Origin: Ramazzottius varieornatus
Taxonomy: Eukaryota; Animalia; Tardigrada
Assembly: GCA_001949185.1 (NCBI GenBank)
Contig: BDGG01000004.1
Location: forward strand, 4,676,346 to 4,740,345
Direction: 5' to 3'
Length of the DNA: 64,000 bases
In this document: positions 61,601-64,000 of the stretch, in pieces
Layout of the letters: each line of letters begins with the position of its first letter
How positions within the stretch are numbered: position 1 is the stretch's first letter
Position numbers and translations under genes: made by a program
The notes under the pieces: generated by a model
What the model was told of the DNA's origin: nothing
Databases searched by the model: none
The model's input: the letters and a program-made list of their open reading frames with translations, nothing else

Positions 61601-64000
61601 TGTCCAGCGCGAAGTAATTAGCCAGCCAGAAGTGCAGGTGCCATCCGTACAGGAAGAGACTGTCATCACCGGTACGTCTAACACCAGCATATCCAATGCA
61701 TCCTTTATCCCTGTACCGCATCACGTAATTGTCTGTCCTTTTGTAGAAGAGCCAGTCCGGCCGCAGGCTCGTGGCGAGTCCTTGACCATCACAACTAGCG
61801 ACAGGCTCGTACCTGAGCTCATCAGCGCCCTCACCGATCAGTATGTCATGCGCAGCCGCGAAGAGCTTGTCACCGAACCAGAGCTCATTCCGGTACAGCC
61901 CAGCGTCGTCGAAGAGGAGACGGTCATTGTCCAAGAGACTGTTCAACGACGACCAGCGCCTACGGTCGACACTTTTGAGACGGAAAGTGCGCTCAACCGG
62001 GTGACAGTCGACCTGGTGCCGGCCATCATCTCGGTTCCCGCTAGACGGGCTGATCGTGAACTACTGGAGATCTTGACGACGGACAAGGTGCTACCTGAAG
62101 AAATTACCGCCCTCGAAGAGATTGAACTGTTGCGTTCACGCATCGTCCACGAGGAAGAAGAGCGTCCTACCCGACAGGAGGACCTTGAGATTATCCATCG
62201 AGCCGCACCCAAAGACGAACTGTACAGCACCATCACTGTCCAGCGCGAAGTAATTAGCCAGCCAGAAGTGCAGGTGCCATCCGTACAGGAAGAGACTGTC
62301 ATCACCGGTACGTCTAACACCAGCATATCCAATGCATCCTTTATCCCTGTACCGCATCACGTAATTGTCTGTCCTTTTNNNNNNNNNNNNNNNNNNNNNN
62401 NNNNNNNNNNNNNNNNNNNNNNNNNNNNNNNNNNNNNNNNNNNNNNNNNNNNNNNNNNNNNNNNNNNNNNNNNNNNNNNNNNNNNNNNNNNNNNNNNNNN
62501 NNNNNNNNNNNNNNNNNNNNNNNNNNNNNNNNNNNNNNNNNNNNNNNNNNNNNNNNNNNNNNNNNNNNNNNNNNNNNNNNNNNNNNNNNNNNNNNNNNNN
62601 NNNNNNNNNNNNNNNNNNNNNNNNNNNNNNNNNNNNNNNNNNNNNNNNNNNNNNNNNNNNNNNNNNNNNNNNNNNNNNNNNNNNNNNNNNNNNNNNNNNN
62701 NNNNNNNNNNNNNNNNNNNNNNNNNNNNNNNNNNNNNNNNNNNNNNNNNNNNNNNNNNNNNNNNNNNNNNNNNNNNNNNNNNNNNNNNNNNNNNNNNNNN
62801 NNNNNNNNNNNNNNNNNNNNNNNNNNNNNNNNNNNNNNNNNNNNNNNNNNNNNNNNNNNNNNNNNNNNNNNNNNNNNNNNNNNNNNNNNNNNNNNNNNNN
62901 GACAGTCGACCTGGTGCCGGCCATCATCTCGGTTCCCGCTAGACGGGCTGATCGTGAACTACTGGAGATCTTGACGACGGACAAGGTGCTACCTGAAGAA
63001 ATTACCGCCCTCGAAGAGATTGAACTGTTGCGTTCACGCATCGTCCACGAGGAAGAAGAGCGTCCTACCCGACAGGAGGACCTTGAGATTATCCATCGAG
63101 CCGCACCCAAAGACGAACTGTACAGCACCATCACTGTCCAGCGCGAAGTAATTAGCCAGCCAGAAGTGCAGGTGCCATCCGTACAGGAAGAGACTGTCAT
63201 CACCGGTACGTCTAACACCAGCATATCCAATGCATCCTTCATCCCTGTACCGCATCACGTAATTGTCTGTCCTTTTGTAGAAGAGCCAGTCCGGCCGCAG
63301 GCTCGTGGCGAGTCCTTGACCATCACAACTAGCGACAGGCTCGTACCTGAGCTCATCAGCGCCCTCACCGATCAGTATGTCATGCGCAGCCGCGAAGAGC
63401 TTGTCACCGAACCAGAGCTCATTCCGGTACAGCCCAGCGTCGTCGAAGGGGGGACGGTCATTGTCCAAGAGACTGTTCAACGACGACCAGCGCCTACGGT
63501 CGACACTTTTGAGACGGAAAGTGCGCTCAACCGGGTGACAGTCGACCTGGTGCCGGCCATCATCTCGGTTCCCGCTAGACGGGCTGATCGTGAACTACTG
63601 GAGATCTTGACGACGGACAAGGTGCTACCTGAAGAAATTACCGCCCTCGAAGAGATTGAACTGTTGCGTTCACGCATCGTCCACGAGGAAGAAGAGCGTC
63701 CTACCCGACAGGAGGACCTTGAGATTATCCATCGAGCCGCACCCAAAGACGAACTGTACAGCACCATCACTGTCCAGCGCGAAGTAATTAGCCAGCCAGA
63801 AGTGCAGGTGCCATCCGTACAGGAAGAGACTGTCATCACCGGTACGTCTAACACCAGCATATCCAATGCATCCTTCATCCCTGTACCGCATCACGTAATT
63901 GTCTGTCCTTTTGTAGAAGAGCCAGTCCGGCCGCAGGCTCGTGGCGAGTCCTTGACCATCACAACTAGCGACAGGCTCGTACCTGGCTCATCAGCGCCCT
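52663..64000 (+). CDS. Giant tandem calponin-homology protein, nesprin-1/MSP-300/ANC-1-like (5' part; runs off the window)
   Basis: CH1: [82 protein letters not shown]2: [12 protein letters not shown]...[39 protein letters not shown]. Helical spectrin-like exons follow, then a repeat array. No KASH domain is visible in this window. Confidence 0.85.
57672..64000 (+). repeat. Coding tandem array of 636-bp units (561-nt exon + 75-nt intron), near-identical, with one diverged segment (~59120-59843) and three assembly gaps
   Basis: Unit starts at 57672, 58308 and 58944 give a period of 636. N-gaps lie at 59844-59893, 60872-60921 and 62379-62900. Confidence 0.95.

Noticed and set aside
57719-63894. 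Repeated 129-148 aa minus-strand ORFs
   Set aside because: Antisense shadows of the coding tandem array, repeated only because the DNA is repeated.
63980-64000. Frameshift (ACCTGGCTCA versus ACCTGAGCTCA) in the last repeat
   Set aside because: A single-base loss at the window edge in a gap-ridden repeat array is most likely a sequencing or assembly error.

Overview
Eukaryotic (metazoan) genomic DNA from a compact genome with mostly 60-110 nt GT-AG introns. The style suggests a small invertebrate such as a tardigrade, which is inference only. Genes reconstructed by hand, in order: a divergent SEPT7-like septin with degenerate GTPase motifs; two tandem PBC/extradenticle (Pbx) homeobox paralogues on the minus strand; proteasome alpha-3 (PSMA4); a small basic protein; a SAM-domain corepressor-like gene; a multi-exon RRM gene; a decayed region with a BTB pseudogene; a transmembrane class-1 semaphorin with long introns; and the 5' part of a giant nesprin/MSP-300/ANC-1-like CH-domain gene that ends in near-identical 636-bp exon+intron tandem repeats. 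The strongest unexplained signal is a dispersed palindromic element, CAAGTGGCGCAC-N25-GTGCGCCACTTG. There are 13 complete copies in about 47 kb, mostly intronic, and the spacer is exactly 25 nt in every copy despite heavy substitution. A second repeat family is a hAT-type MITE with 8-bp target-site duplications.
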